From UHGV virus genome UHGV-0253961: a stretch of 44,362 nt of DNA. One strand, 5' to 3'. Shown piece by piece: positions 18,879 through 28,801 of the stretch. A model generated the notes under the pieces. The model did not search any database and was not told where the DNA came from. It worked only from the letters and a program-made list of their open reading frames with translations. Position 1 is the stretch's first letter, and each line of letters starts with the position of its first letter. The position numbers and the translations under genes were made by a program. The DNA is from a virus.

Positions 18879-19373
18879 CTAGTACGGTAGCTCGCCCATG
18901 ATTTCTTTGTAGTTGTTCTTCATGAACTCGATACCGTTCTTCGTAGACTCTTTTTCTTCTTCTTTCACCATAGATGGAGCCGAGTTCATTTGTGTCCAGA
19001 ATAGACGTGATTTCTGCTTGAAAAAACCACTATGATTTAATACTCGCAATGCACCTTGTAATAATTCGATAGAATCTTCTTTTTCATCAATAATTTCCAT
19101 TAATGTTTGTTCGATATCTTCACGTTTAGGTGCATTCTTACCTAGATAAGCTGTTGCACATTCCCAAAAGTCTGCAATTGCAATTGGATCACGTTCTAAA
19201 ATACCGTTATAAATAGCATTAAAACCAGATACTTTAGTAGTTTTACCGTTTTCATCTTGCTCATCTTTAGCAAACTTTTTAGCAGTTTTATCAAATAAGA
19301 AAGTAGCTTTCGCTTCTACTTCTTCTCCATTGAACTCTAATGTAGTAATAGGATTGATTGTATTTTCAGTCAT
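18879..19373 (-). CDS. Tail assembly chaperone G
   Basis: 164-aa acidic protein between the major tail protein and the tape measure. A -1 frame ORF overlaps its 3' end. Confidence 0.65.
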   Translation of the reverse strand: MTENTINPITTLEFNGEEVEAKATFLFDKTAKKFAKDEQDENGKTTKVSGFNAIYNGILERDPIAIADFWECATAYLGKNAPKREDIEQTLMEIIDEKEDSIELLQGALRVLNHSGFFKQKSRLFWTQMNSAPSMVKEEEKESTKNGIEFMKNNYKEIMGELPY

Positions 19374-19401
19374 TCTTTAACCTCTTTCTGTTATTTTGTA
19401 C

Positions 19402-19427
19402 AAAAAAATAGAGGGCTTAATGCCCTC
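19402..19427 (-). terminator. Rho-independent (probably partial) terminator after the major tail protein gene: GAGGGC-ttaat-GCCCTC plus U-tract
   Basis: Perfect 6-bp GC stem at 19411-19416 and 19422-19427. An A6 run on + at 19403-19408 gives a U-tract on the minus strand. Confidence 0.55.
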
Positions 19428-19434
19428 GTAAAAC

Positions 19435-19974
19435 TTATGCACCAGCACTAGGTGTACGGTTTTCGTATGAGTCTGTATAAGCTCCCATATCTTCCCATTC
19501 AACTGTAGGAGCAGCAGCACTAGGGTTGAGCCATTCTGGTGGTAATGAATCAACAGAACCGTCAGCACTGTTAAATTTAACTTTTGCAGTGATTTCGATT
19601 TTGTCATCCTCATCATCAAATGACCATTCGTGCTCTTCTACAATTACATAAGCGAAAGTACCGTGATGTTTACCGTCACGTTTCTTAACTTCCCAAATCC
19701 ATAAACGTAACTGCTTGAAGTTTTTAACTGACTCTTTTAAAGCTTCTTGACCTTTGTCGCCAGGTACACGGTCAACAGTTAACTTGATTTCTTCTTCTAC
19801 AGAGTTACGACCATAGTCTTTTTTGCCACCTGTAATCATTTCAGCTAAATCATTACTGATTGTGTGTCCACCCTCAGCTAAACTAGCTAACAGAATAGCA
19901 TCTTCTTCTTTTAGCTTGCTCGCTAAATCTTTGTCAGCGATTTGTAACGCTGCAATATATTTATTCTGCGCCAT
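19435..19974 (-). CDS. Major tail protein
   Basis: 179-aa ORF upstream of G/GT followed by a strong hairpin terminator, which is the usual high-expression signal for the tail tube gene. Confidence 0.65.
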   Translation of the reverse strand: MAQNKYIAALQIADKDLASKLKEEDAILLASLAEGGHTISNDLAEMITGGKKDYGRNSVEEEIKLTVDRVPGDKGQEALKESVKNFKQLRLWIWEVKKRDGKHHGTFAYVIVEEHEWSFDDEDDKIEITAKVKFNSADGSVDSLPPEWLNPSAAAPTVEWEDMGAYTDSYENRTPSAGA

Positions 19975-20398
19975 TCGTTACACTCCTTTGTAAAGTATTG
20001 TGTCTGTATTTAAAAATAAGCCGAATGATACCGTGCTTCGTGTACTGATCAATGTCAGTTATCACTTCTTGTGTATCAATTCGACTTTTAATGAATGAGT
20101 AATGTTCGATTTCAAATTCAGTATTAAGTACATGGCCTAAAAACTGAATAATTTGCGCTGCTTCATCACGATTTCTCGCTTGACTATACACGTGTAAGGT
20201 TACGCCTACATCTTCAAACATACTCGTTGTCGTTTCTTTATTAGTGACGTTTGTTTCACCCACAACGATATATGGGTAAACAGCGTCTTTTTGAACGCAA
20301 TCAAAAACCCTACCGCCTAGTTGTTTACTGACGATAGGGTTACTCTTTAATTTGTTATATATCTTGTTGAACAGATACCGTTCTACTGATACCCACAT
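19961..20398 (-). CDS. Tail completion or tail terminator protein (neck module)
   Basis: 145-aa ORF by synteny between the HK97-gp10-like gene and the major tail gene. Confidence 0.5.
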   Translation of the reverse strand: MWVSVERYLFNKIYNKLKSNPIVSKQLGGRVFDCVQKDAVYPYIVVGETNVTNKETTTSMFEDVGVTLHVYSQARNRDEAAQIIQFLGHVLNTEFEIEHYSFIKSRIDTQEVITDIDQYTKHGIIRLIFKYRHNTLQRSVTNGAE

Positions 20399-20410
20399 AT
20401 CTTAACCACC

Positions 20411-20824
20411 TTATGAAAAATACTTATTGAAAAACGCTCTACCTTCATCAATTGCTGGTTCCCAAAAAGGTTGTGCATGTTGCCCTTTAGTTGTGTGCCA
20501 ATGTCCGTCTGCGTCTTTGTAACGCCACGGGATATTCTTTGCACGACTACCACCCGGACCGACTGCGTATATCCCTGTACCGTAGTTGACGTAAACTGCG
20601 TACTCACTGCCGATATTAATAACGCCTGTTAATCCGCCCTTCTTAAAGTCCATAGAAACACTTTCTCTAAGATAACCGGTGTCAACAGGCATGTTACTAA
20701 CTATTGAATTGTGAATAATAGTTGTTGTCTTGGCTATACCTTTTTTAGCCCATCTAATCGTTTCTTTTTCGAACTCCTCAAGCTCCTTAACTAAATCCCA
20801 ATTTCCGTATTTAACCTTAGCCAA
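20411..20824 (-). CDS. HK97 gp10-like tail-component (neck) protein
   Basis: 137 aa. Family-like motifs (..PVDTGYLRES.., GGLTGVINIG) and conserved position. Confidence 0.55.
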   Translation of the reverse strand: MAKVKYGNWDLVKELEEFEKETIRWAKKGIAKTTTIIHNSIVSNMPVDTGYLRESVSMDFKKGGLTGVINIGSEYAVYVNYGTGIYAVGPGGSRAKNIPWRYKDADGHWHTTKGQHAQPFWEPAIDEGRAFFNKYFS

Positions 20825-21146
20825 TAGGACATTCTCTCAATCTTGTTAAGTTGATTTCTTGTTGCCCGCCTTGGTCGACAGGTTCTCCTACTACTTCGTA
20901 AGTTTTACCGTTGTATTTAAATAAGTTTGTGTTAGTTATTGGCAGGCTGTACGGCGTATATAGGTTTCTGTCGTATGATTGGTTCATTTGATGAAACTTG
21001 AGTTGTTCAGATGAAGTAGGCGTATCCATAAATCCTTGTATTGTTTTTTCGCTCTTAAAGCGCTCTTGTTCACGTGGATACTCTCCTACAACCTCTCTTG
21101 AGCCTAATTCGATTGTATGAGGAAACTCATTTAATGGATTAAACAT
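20817..21146 (-). CDS. Head-tail adaptor or head closure protein
   Basis: 109-aa ORF by synteny downstream of the connector gene. Confidence 0.45.
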   Translation of the reverse strand: MFNPLNEFPHTIELGSREVVGEYPREQERFKSEKTIQGFMDTPTSSEQLKFHQMNQSYDRNLYTPYSLPITNTNLFKYNGKTYEVVGEPVDQGGQQEINLTRLRECPIG

Positions 21147-21453
21147 GATAACCAGTCCAACGTAAGCGTCTAAATGGTTTAAGGTAACCGTATGTTTCCT
21201 TAGGTAGATCAGTAACGAAAGTGTAGCTCACAGTACCCATAGTACGTGAAGAAATATTGCTAGTCGTACCTTGTTTAATACAGTTAGCAATGAATTTCTC
21301 TACATTACTAGGTAATGACTTCCTATTGAATGTTTGATTACAATATTCTTCAGCTACATTCAGATACTTTTCAATAAGTAATTCGATTGTTTCGTCATTT
21401 GAAGTATCATCGAGCGAGAGATTGTTTAATAATTTAACGTCTTGTGCGTTCAT
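21139..21453 (-). CDS. Head-tail connector protein (gp6-like)
   Basis: 104-aa ORF by synteny after the capsid gene and the Rho_N gene. Confidence 0.45.
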   Translation of the reverse strand: MNAQDVKLLNNLSLDDTSNDETIELLIEKYLNVAEEYCNQTFNRKSLPSNVEKFIANCIKQGTTSNISSRTMGTVSYTFVTDLPKETYGYLKPFRRLRWTGYHV

Positions 21454-21743
21454 TACTCAACACTTCCTAATGCTTCAATGAGTTCATCTTTTTTCATACT
21501 AGAAAAGCCCTCTATTTCACGTTCTTTAGCGAGTTCTCTTAATTCTGATACTTTCATACTTTTTAAGTCTTTATCGCTCTCTACACGCTTAATAAGGGGC
21601 TTGTTTTGACGGTTCTCTTTTGTGGATAGTTCGACTAATCGTTCATCACTTACATTTAAACCTTTACGAGGGAACGTATCTCCAACGTTATATTCGTAGT
21701 TGTCATCTTGTAAGTCTGTGAAGTATTCGATTACTTTATACAT
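21453..21743 (-). CDS. Rho termination factor N-terminal-like domain protein (head module)
   Basis: The C-terminus SMKVSELRELAKEREIEGFSSMKKDELIEAL matches the Rho_N/SAP-like motif common just downstream of the capsid gene in phi11-like phages. Confidence 0.6.
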   Translation of the reverse strand: MYKVIEYFTDLQDDNYEYNVGDTFPRKGLNVSDERLVELSTKENRQNKPLIKRVESDKDLKSMKVSELRELAKEREIEGFSSMKKDELIEALGSVE

Positions 21744-21759
21744 ACGTCACTACCTCCTT

Positions 21760-22590
21760 TTATGCGCCTGAGTCTGTAGTTCCTGCGCCTTTAGTAACCT
21801 TAACTGCTTTAGATTCATCATATAAGTATGCTACATAATGTTTATCACTGTATAAAGCAGTTGTTTTAGTTGAAGGATCACGGTCAGTTTCTAAGAAGAA
21901 ATCACGTTTAGTGATTAATTTAACTGCACCACGTTTAGCTAAAATAGCTTCGCCCTCATCTAATTTCTTAGAACGTACAATGATAGCACCTAACGCTTCG
22001 CCAAACGCACCTTTAACGATAATGTTATCGCCTAATTCAGTAGCGCGAGTGAAGTTATCTGAAGCGCTAGAACGTAATTTACCAGCGTCTTTAGGATTAA
22101 TGAATAATACCATTGGTTCTAAATCTTCATCATCGAATGTGTCAATTGCAGCTTCTAAACCTGCTAATGTACCAATATCTCCACTAACTGTTAATTTCGT
22201 ACCTCGTAAAGCTTCTAACACGTCGTTATCTACTTTGTTAGCAATAGCTAAACCGTGTTGACGTACTGCTTCTCCTTGAGGGTCACCATAACCAGACAAT
22301 AAAGCTTCATCAGTAATATCAGTACCTTTACCGATTTTATGAATTTTAGCTTCACGTCTGTTAGTTTCGATTTTGTCTACAGGGATTTTTTGCCCTTCAG
22401 GTACTACTGTAGCGTCACCACTGTAAACAAATGCAGGGAAAGTTAAAGTGTCGCCAGGTTGTCCTACTAGTGTACTGTCAATGTCTGCGAATTGCGCAAA
22501 TCTCAACTTCTTATCTAATTCTGCTTGCATCATAGGTTTTAATACTTCTGGAACGATTTGTGTACTTTTAGTTGTTGTTCCTTGTGCCAT
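21760..22590 (-). CDS. Major capsid protein
   Basis: 276-aa ORF downstream of the scaffold gene, with RBS AGGAGG. Confidence 0.75.
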   Translation of the reverse strand: MAQGTTTKSTQIVPEVLKPMMQAELDKKLRFAQFADIDSTLVGQPGDTLTFPAFVYSGDATVVPEGQKIPVDKIETNRREAKIHKIGKGTDITDEALLSGYGDPQGEAVRQHGLAIANKVDNDVLEALRGTKLTVSGDIGTLAGLEAAIDTFDDEDLEPMVLFINPKDAGKLRSSASDNFTRATELGDNIIVKGAFGEALGAIIVRSKKLDEGEAILAKRGAVKLITKRDFFLETDRDPSTKTTALYSDKHYVAYLYDESKAVKVTKGAGTTDSGA

Positions 22591-22607
22591 ATGTTATTAC
22601 CTCTTTT

Positions 22608-23201
22608 CTAATTGTTTATTAGAGCGTCATAAGTCTTTCTATCGTTAACGAATAGATCAGTTCTCTCTGCGACGCTCATGTTGTTAAATTCTTCTTGTGT
22701 GACTCCACCATTTACGCTTTTACCGTCATCAGGTGTACGTCCACTTGGTTTACTTTCAGCAAATAAATAAGGCTTAGACTCTTTTAACGATTCAATCGCT
22801 TTATCTAAACCTTTAACTTTGCCGTCATCTTGTAGTTCTAGTTCATCTTTGTTGATGAAAGCTAGAATGTCGTCAGCGTCGTTTGCGTCTTTCGCAACAG
22901 CTAACTTAACAGCGTTATTCAATTGTGATTCTTGGTACTTAGTTTGCCACTCTGCGTTTTTATCTTTTAATTCATCGAGTTCTTTTTGTAACTCGCTATC
23001 ATCTTTCACAGAGTCATGTAATTTAGCAATTTGTTCATCACGGTTAGTAATCTCTGCTTTTAATTCATCGATTTCAGCGTTCTTGTCATTCAGTCGAGAA
23101 CGTGGTACCATACCTGATTTCGATTCATCAATAGCGTCAATCACTTTCTGTTTATCGATTTCACCGTCTTTAAATTGCCCTAATAATGCGTATAAGTCCA
23201 T
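22608..23201 (-). CDS. Scaffolding protein
   Basis: 197 aa, highly acidic and coiled-coil (ELKAEITNRDEQIAKL, ELDELKDKNAEW), directly upstream of the capsid gene. Confidence 0.7.
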   Translation of the reverse strand: MDLYALLGQFKDGEIDKQKVIDAIDESKSGMVPRSRLNDKNAEIDELKAEITNRDEQIAKLHDSVKDDSELQKELDELKDKNAEWQTKYQESQLNNAVKLAVAKDANDADDILAFINKDELELQDDGKVKGLDKAIESLKESKPYLFAESKPSGRTPDDGKSVNGGVTQEEFNNMSVAERTDLFVNDRKTYDALINN

Positions 23202-23294
23202 ATTTAATTGCTCCTTTTACGTTTTTTACGTGTAACGACACGAAAGATTTGTATAAAAAAGAAGCCTTTTAACGACGGTGCTAAGGTCGAGTAT

Positions 23295-24242
23295 TTACTG
23301 CTTACGTTTATTCTTCTCCCACTCTCTATAGTTAGTGAAAGGTATTACGCCATCTTTTTTAGTTCTCATCGTTGTAGGTAATTCATCTTCATCTATGTAG
23401 TAAAGCAACTTACAACGACAGTTGATGTTCTCTTTTGCGCTAGCTACACCTACAAACAACTTAGGTGCAGGACCTACACAACCACTAGAATGAAAGTTAT
23501 CTTCAATATCGACTGAAGTGCCGTCTAAGAGTCTGTGTGTATCACGTGTGCGTGTATCTTTAGTAGCATACCAGCGTTTTTTCATATCAAGTCCGTTATC
23601 TTTAGCTACCATTGCGCTATCTAATCCAGCTTGTGATAATGCACGACCTGTTTCTGTTCTAGCTACACGCACTGATTGAGCTTTTGACATACCTAAATCA
23701 TCTCTTAACGCTTTAGCTATCTTAGAATAACCTTCACCACTCATAATGCCTTGTGTTATGTGCGTGCGAATACGTTTCAATGTATCATCACGATGTTTCT
23801 GTAACGTAGGTACTAACTTAATAAACTCAATAGGTTGTTCAATTGCCGTCTGTATCGTCTGCGCAGTAGGTATATCGAAGTTCATAGACGTTTGACTCGC
23901 TACTTCATACAAAAATAGGCTCATCATGTACTTTTCCATATAGACGTTCTGTTGTGACTGTTTAATAGCTTTAGCAACTTCTCTGTAGTCTTGAGATAAC
24001 ATCTGTCCTATACGATTAAGTTCTTTGTTGAGCCTGTTGTATTTATTAAATTCAGTCCACGTTACTTGCGGTTCATCTCTATCGTACTTTTCGTACATAT
24101 TCGCAATAATCTGTTTGATTTCTTTCAAACGTTTAGCAAATAGTATTTCGATTTCTTTCTCTGCTTGATTAACCAGTTTATCGATGTAGTTATCTATGTC
24201 ATTCTGATTGGTTATTTTCGGATTGTCTTTGTTGTTCGCCAT
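23295..24242 (-). CDS. Minor head (head morphogenesis) protein, SPP1 gp7 / Mu F-like
   Basis: 315-aa ORF downstream of the portal gene and overlapping it. The C-terminal region (RTETGRALSQAG, HSSGCVGPAPK, NCRCKL) is typical of the phage Mu F-like family. Confidence 0.7.
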   Translation of the reverse strand: MANNKDNPKITNQNDIDNYIDKLVNQAEKEIEILFAKRLKEIKQIIANMYEKYDRDEPQVTWTEFNKYNRLNKELNRIGQMLSQDYREVAKAIKQSQQNVYMEKYMMSLFLYEVASQTSMNFDIPTAQTIQTAIEQPIEFIKLVPTLQKHRDDTLKRIRTHITQGIMSGEGYSKIAKALRDDLGMSKAQSVRVARTETGRALSQAGLDSAMVAKDNGLDMKKRWYATKDTRTRDTHRLLDGTSVDIEDNFHSSGCVGPAPKLFVGVASAKENINCRCKLLYYIDEDELPTTMRTKKDGVIPFTNYREWEKNKRKQ

Positions 24243-25635
24243 TCAATCCCTCCTCAATGTCAGGGAGTTGTTGATTGAGTTCTATGTTTTCTTGCTCTAT
24301 TCTTTCCATTTCGGCCACAGGATCTTCAACCCAAGCATGGTTAGAAAGAATAGTTTCTTTAGATAATAGCCCTGTAGAATTCATAGCAATTTGAGAGTTT
24401 TCTAACTCATTTACCATTACATTGAAGTTGAACGTAATCTCGATGTCTTGCACTTTCACATCTAATCTGTAGAAGTCGATGATGTACTGCAATAATTCTT
24501 GTAATGCAGTAAGTGTTTTATTCTTCAATTTATTAGCTTTCAAGTCTAAGTTACTGTACATAAATTTGAGCGCTATACCACTAGGGCTATTACCAAACTT
24601 ATCTTGTTGGAAGTCTACACCTTGACCAAACTCTATAATGTAATCACGTAACATCTTCGTGTATTCCTTAACAGAGTCAATAGGCACTTCTACTTTAATA
24701 GTATCTACACCGGAACCACTTTCCCCTGCAACACTAATTGCTTTGTAGTATTTTAAGTTATGCATGAAGTCTTTCATATCTTCACCTTCATAACCTTTTA
24801 AGATATAGATTAACTCTACTGATTCATCAAAAGTGTTTTGTGTGTCTGATAATCGCTTATCTAACGCGTCTATAATTGTTTTGTACATGAATAAGTCAGA
24901 TACTTCTTGCGGGTTGTTCTTGAACGGAATGAAAGGAACGCGCCCCCAACTCATCAATTTATTACCTTGATAGTAATGAGGTTGTATATGATCTTCACTA
25001 CGATAGAAATCAGGAATGAGTTGCCCTTCTTTCAATTCATAGAATGTCACATCATCTTTTGTCCAATACTCAACACGTTCTGCTCCGTCTAATTCATATA
25101 CACGGATAAACGCTTGCAGTTCATCTCTTTCCTTATTAGTCCAAATAGGTACAGCTTGTTCTGCAGGTACACGAAACGTTTTAAATTCTCCCTCTTCATC
25201 TACATAAGGTTGAACCCATTCGATACCTTTATTACTTGCAGCAGTTAATATATCTACTAATTTGTCATCCCACTTGTGATTAAGTGTGTGTTGTATTTGT
25301 TTTAATGCTTTGTCGTTATCTACACCAAATGTCACCGGATTAGCTACTGCATAAGCTACTTTCTGGTCTACTAAGTTTTGATGGTAGTTAGTATACATGC
25401 GCCAATCTGGTTTGGTTTCGTCATAGTCGCCGTTCACATCTCTTTTGAAAGGAGCGTCTAGTATATCTGGATGATGATTATAATATCTTTCGCCCATTGT
25501 GATATTGTCTATGTTCTCTTTATGTTCTCTAACTAAGCGCAATATCATTTCTTCTTGCGTTTCATACTTCGGTTTGATTTGTTCTACCACTTGTTCGTGA
25601 TATGGTTTATCCCATGGCCAGTTAATGCTAATCAC
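24199..25635 (-). CDS. Portal protein
   Basis: 478-aa ORF immediately downstream of TerL, with an acidic C-terminus. Confidence 0.8.
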   Translation of the reverse strand: MISINWPWDKPYHEQVVEQIKPKYETQEEMILRLVREHKENIDNITMGERYYNHHPDILDAPFKRDVNGDYDETKPDWRMYTNYHQNLVDQKVAYAVANPVTFGVDNDKALKQIQHTLNHKWDDKLVDILTAASNKGIEWVQPYVDEEGEFKTFRVPAEQAVPIWTNKERDELQAFIRVYELDGAERVEYWTKDDVTFYELKEGQLIPDFYRSEDHIQPHYYQGNKLMSWGRVPFIPFKNNPQEVSDLFMYKTIIDALDKRLSDTQNTFDESVELIYILKGYEGEDMKDFMHNLKYYKAISVAGESGSGVDTIKVEVPIDSVKEYTKMLRDYIIEFGQGVDFQQDKFGNSPSGIALKFMYSNLDLKANKLKNKTLTALQELLQYIIDFYRLDVKVQDIEITFNFNVMVNELENSQIAMNSTGLLSKETILSNHAWVEDPVAEMERIEQENIELNQQLPDIEEGLNGEQQRQSENNQSE

Positions 25636-25640
25636 CTCGT

Positions 25641-26909
25641 TTACGTAAGTATGCTAAGTTTATTCTGCCTCATGTCACGCTCTAGGGCGTATCTAGTGGC
25701 GTCAATTGTATGATTATCTTTATCCTCTAATCTCGGTTTAACGTTGCCCTCTTTGTCAGTTTCATAGTCGATGTTTTCAAATTCTCTTGCTATGTTAGGT
25801 GTTCTGTTAGGATCTATCACAATAGCAGTTAAATCATCAAGCCATTGTTCCCCGTGTTCTACGCTGTCAGGTCCTTTCTTCACACCTTTAACACGCTTGA
25901 TACCATGTTCTTGTTTTAATTCTGCAATCGACTTCGGTTCAGCACTATCTGCGTATATCTCATCTGATTGATAGCCTCTACGTTTTAACCAGTTAGCAAA
26001 CTCTCTATTGCTTATTTGTACACCATAGTGTTCATCAACTGCATAGATAATACGTTTCTTCTTATCATAGTGCCAACGTACAAATGCTAGTGGATCAGTA
26101 GCATAACCAAAGTCAACTGCATTACGTATATTATCGAATGTCTTGTATAAGTCATCAGGTATCTTCTCTATTTGCAAGTTGTTAAACGGTACAACGCCAC
26201 TACCAATAGCTTCACCCATATATTCCCAACGATAACGTTGTTCGTTACGTTCTTTCGCACTCTCTGCCTCTTGTATGAATTGTTTAGATATAAAAGGATT
26301 ATCTAAGTACGTTGAATGATGTACAAATGTATTATCCGGTTGGAATGAGGTTTCGTATTTTTTGTTAACCCACGATTGTTTTCTCTTAGGCGGGTTATAA
26401 CTAAAGAAAAACTTGTAGAACAATCCATCGTCTAGTTCTCCACGTAACATAGAGTTAGTAATTGTCGTGACTTCATCTTCTGTCTTAAACTCTGCCAACT
26501 CCTCTATCCACATGATAGAAAAAGGGAACCGACTATCTTTTAACGACTTTAATCGTTCAGGGTTCTGCGCCCCTCTAAAGATAATCCGATTCCCTCTAGG
26601 AACATATGTGATTTCCATTGGCGACACTTTAACTTTGAACAGGTGCGACACCTTTTGTTCTTCTATCGCCCACTTAATTTGCTCAAATACTGATGTAGCT
26701 AATGTATTGTCTGTCTTACGTACTACAACTGCATTCATAGGATAGCGCATGATTAACTGTGTAATGATGATAGATATATCAGAGGACTTACCACTACCAC
26801 GTCCGCCTTTAGCTACTATGTTAAGTTTTTCTTTGTCCTTAGTAGCTTTCCACAGTCCATGAAAGTGTTTAGGGATTAAATCAGCTAAATCTAATACTAA
26901 TTTACTCAT
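25641..26909 (-). CDS. terL: Terminase large subunit (PBSX / Terminase_3-type)
   Basis: 422 aa. Walker A (AKGGRGSGKS), Walker B (MWIEE) and a C-terminal RNaseH-like nuclease with acidic residues (DPNRTP, DNHTIDATRY). Confidence 0.9.
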   Translation of the reverse strand: MSKLVLDLADLIPKHFHGLWKATKDKEKLNIVAKGGRGSGKSSDISIIITQLIMRYPMNAVVVRKTDNTLATSVFEQIKWAIEEQKVSHLFKVKVSPMEITYVPRGNRIIFRGAQNPERLKSLKDSRFPFSIMWIEELAEFKTEDEVTTITNSMLRGELDDGLFYKFFFSYNPPKRKQSWVNKKYETSFQPDNTFVHHSTYLDNPFISKQFIQEAESAKERNEQRYRWEYMGEAIGSGVVPFNNLQIEKIPDDLYKTFDNIRNAVDFGYATDPLAFVRWHYDKKKRIIYAVDEHYGVQISNREFANWLKRRGYQSDEIYADSAEPKSIAELKQEHGIKRVKGVKKGPDSVEHGEQWLDDLTAIVIDPNRTPNIAREFENIDYETDKEGNVKPRLEDKDNHTIDATRYALERDMRQNKLSILT

Positions 26910-26917
26910 CTATACAC

Positions 26918-27406
26918 CTACTTAATGGAATCTATGAAGTCCGGCGTTATCGTAGCATTTACATCTTGTACATCTGTAAACAACTTATGATGTTTACCTA
27001 GCAATTCCAACGCTTTATTTTGATCACTTATCTTAGGTGGCTTTTTAACCAACTCTACACTTTCATCGTAAACTAGATTATGTTTTTCTGTTGAAGGATT
27101 AATTTTATATATCCCCTTTTTCGTTACAACTGGCTCAATTTCAACCGTTTCTGCTCTAGCTGTTCTGGTTAAACGATACAACACCTCTTTACCGCTCATT
27201 ATTTGTTCATCAAAGAGTTTATCTTCTACCCCCTTGATGTAACTTTGTATTTCATCATTCTTCAACATTCTTTGCCCTTGTGAATATGCTGTTTTTTCAC
27301 TATATCCTGCTCTAATAGCTGATTTAGTGGCGTTACCATAATATTCCGTTCCAGGTATAGCGTAGGCTTCAGCGAATGTCTTTTGTCGTTTGTTCAGTTC
27401 GTTCAT
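26918..27406 (-). CDS. terS: Terminase small subunit
   Basis: 162 aa. The N-terminal HTH-like MNELNKRQKTFAEAYAIPGTEYYGNATKSAIRAGYSEKTAYSQGQRMLK is characteristic of the Terminase_2 family. It lies directly upstream of TerL. Confidence 0.8.
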   Translation of the reverse strand: MNELNKRQKTFAEAYAIPGTEYYGNATKSAIRAGYSEKTAYSQGQRMLKNDEIQSYIKGVEDKLFDEQIMSGKEVLYRLTRTARAETVEIEPVVTKKGIYKINPSTEKHNLVYDESVELVKKPPKISDQNKALELLGKHHKLFTDVQDVNATITPDFIDSIK

Positions 27407-27854
27407 CGTATATTACCACCTACTTTACGTTATACACTCTTTATATTTTAAAAAAGACACTGCGTAAACAGTGCCTAATGATTATGTTTTGTTATTTATT
27501 TGAGTTTATGTACTCATGTCACATCTCTATGTCACATCAATACATAAAAATAAGTTATCCGTGAGAACAAACGGGTAACTAATTAAGGGAGGAGAAAAAT
27601 TACATGTCAAGTATTCATATCATCGTATCGGAAGCCGTGTTGTAAGATTCAATAAAACTACCCGCCACTCTGACGGATAGTTAAGCAATCGGATGCGCAA
27701 CGTCTAATCAAGGACGATAAACACTTGTCCAATCACTTCGATATTGAATACCCCACCATAGTGCGAAAGGATAAACACTATGTCTTGTGAGGTAATTCTT
27801 ACAATATCATAATACACCGATTATAAACGGACTTACACACTTCAAAAGTCCACC

Positions 27855-28271
27855 TTACACATAACCTATAAATTCTGCTAATCTATTTATCATTGCGTCA
27901 CGTCGTCTTAAAATACTCGTCTTACTTGTTCCGAAGTATTCAGCTATATCTTCCCACTCACTACAACCTATCGGACATTCCCAGTATCTCAAGCGCATTA
28001 AGTCTTGTGTGTCTTCATCTGATTCATAAATGAGCTTATCTACACCTTTTACAATGTTACGTAAGTTGTTATAACGATTGTCGCTTAACTTCTTAATTGA
28101 TTCTCTCTCGATAGGATTACCTGGTATATTACTCTTACCTGCTCCTACATTCTCGGGTTCGTGATTTTCTAGTAGTTCATACTCTCTTACTTTTAACTCT
28201 CGTCTGTAGCGTTCTATGTTCTTGATATAATCTTCTAACTTCTTTATATCGTGTCGTTCAATCGTTATCAT
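27855..28271 (-). CDS. rinA: Late-gene transcriptional activator, RinA/ArpU family
   Basis: 138-aa basic protein upstream of the packaging genes. The C-terminal TSKTSILRRRDAMINRLAEF resembles the region-4-like helix of the RinA family. Position is conserved in phi11/80alpha phages. Confidence 0.6.
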   Translation of the reverse strand: MITIERHDIKKLEDYIKNIERYRRELKVREYELLENHEPENVGAGKSNIPGNPIERESIKKLSDNRYNNLRNIVKGVDKLIYESDEDTQDLMRLRYWECPIGCSEWEDIAEYFGTSKTSILRRRDAMINRLAEFIGYV

Positions 28272-28401
28272 ACTTACCCTCCATTCTCCAACTTATCTCT
28301 TAACACTTCAATTTCATACTCTTTCACTTCTAACTGATGTTTTAGATCATTCTGTTCAAGTATAGAGCCAAATAGTAGTAAAACTAATATAATGATTGCT
28401 A

Positions 28402-28800
28402 TTACGCCCCACATTGTTTGACCACCTCTAAATTAGGTTTGTGTTCTAGTACACGTCCGTTAAAACTACATGCATCTTCTTTAGCTGAATATAAATCGTC
28501 GTAAGATAAAGCTTCAAATACATTGTCAGTGATTATGCATGTGTTTCCATAACTACCTATATATTTTTTCACTAAATATACTCCTTTTTTTAACTCAACC
28601 ACGTATTTGCCTATGTTGTTTTTATTATCCTTATTTTTCAACCAAGATACCTCTCTTTCTAAATGTAACTTATCTAATTGCAATCCATGTTTATCTTCCT
28701 GTAACTCATTAACTCTTTTCTCTGCTTTAATCCACTTATATATAGCAAAAATACACAGTACTAACACAATTATTACCGATGAAAAACTTATCCAAATCAC
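28402..28800 (-). CDS. Membrane-anchored hypothetical protein (N-terminal TM, coiled coil, small C-terminal Cys-containing domain)
   Basis: 132 aa. TM segment FSSVIIVLVLCIFAIY. Located in the variable rinB-rinA interval. Confidence 0.5.
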   Translation of the reverse strand: MIWISFSSVIIVLVLCIFAIYKWIKAEKRVNELQEDKHGLQLDKLHLEREVSWLKNKDNKNNIGKYVVELKKGVYLVKKYIGSYGNTCIITDNVFEALSYDDLYSAKEDACSFNGRVLEHKPNLEVVKQCGA

Positions 28801-28801
28801 A

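Noticed and set aside
19377-19619. An 80-aa minus-strand ORF overlapping the 3' end of the major tail protein gene. A similar case is 20383-20607, and there are other out-of-frame overlaps such as 4055-4273.
   Set aside because: They sit in an alternative frame inside stronger genes and have no independent signals. Part of 19377-19434 is actually the hairpin terminator.
23202-23294. A hairpin CGTGT-cgtt-ACACG between the scaffold and minor head genes, considered as a terminator
   Set aside because: It is not followed by a U-tract on either strand. It is more likely incidental or an mRNA processing or stability element.
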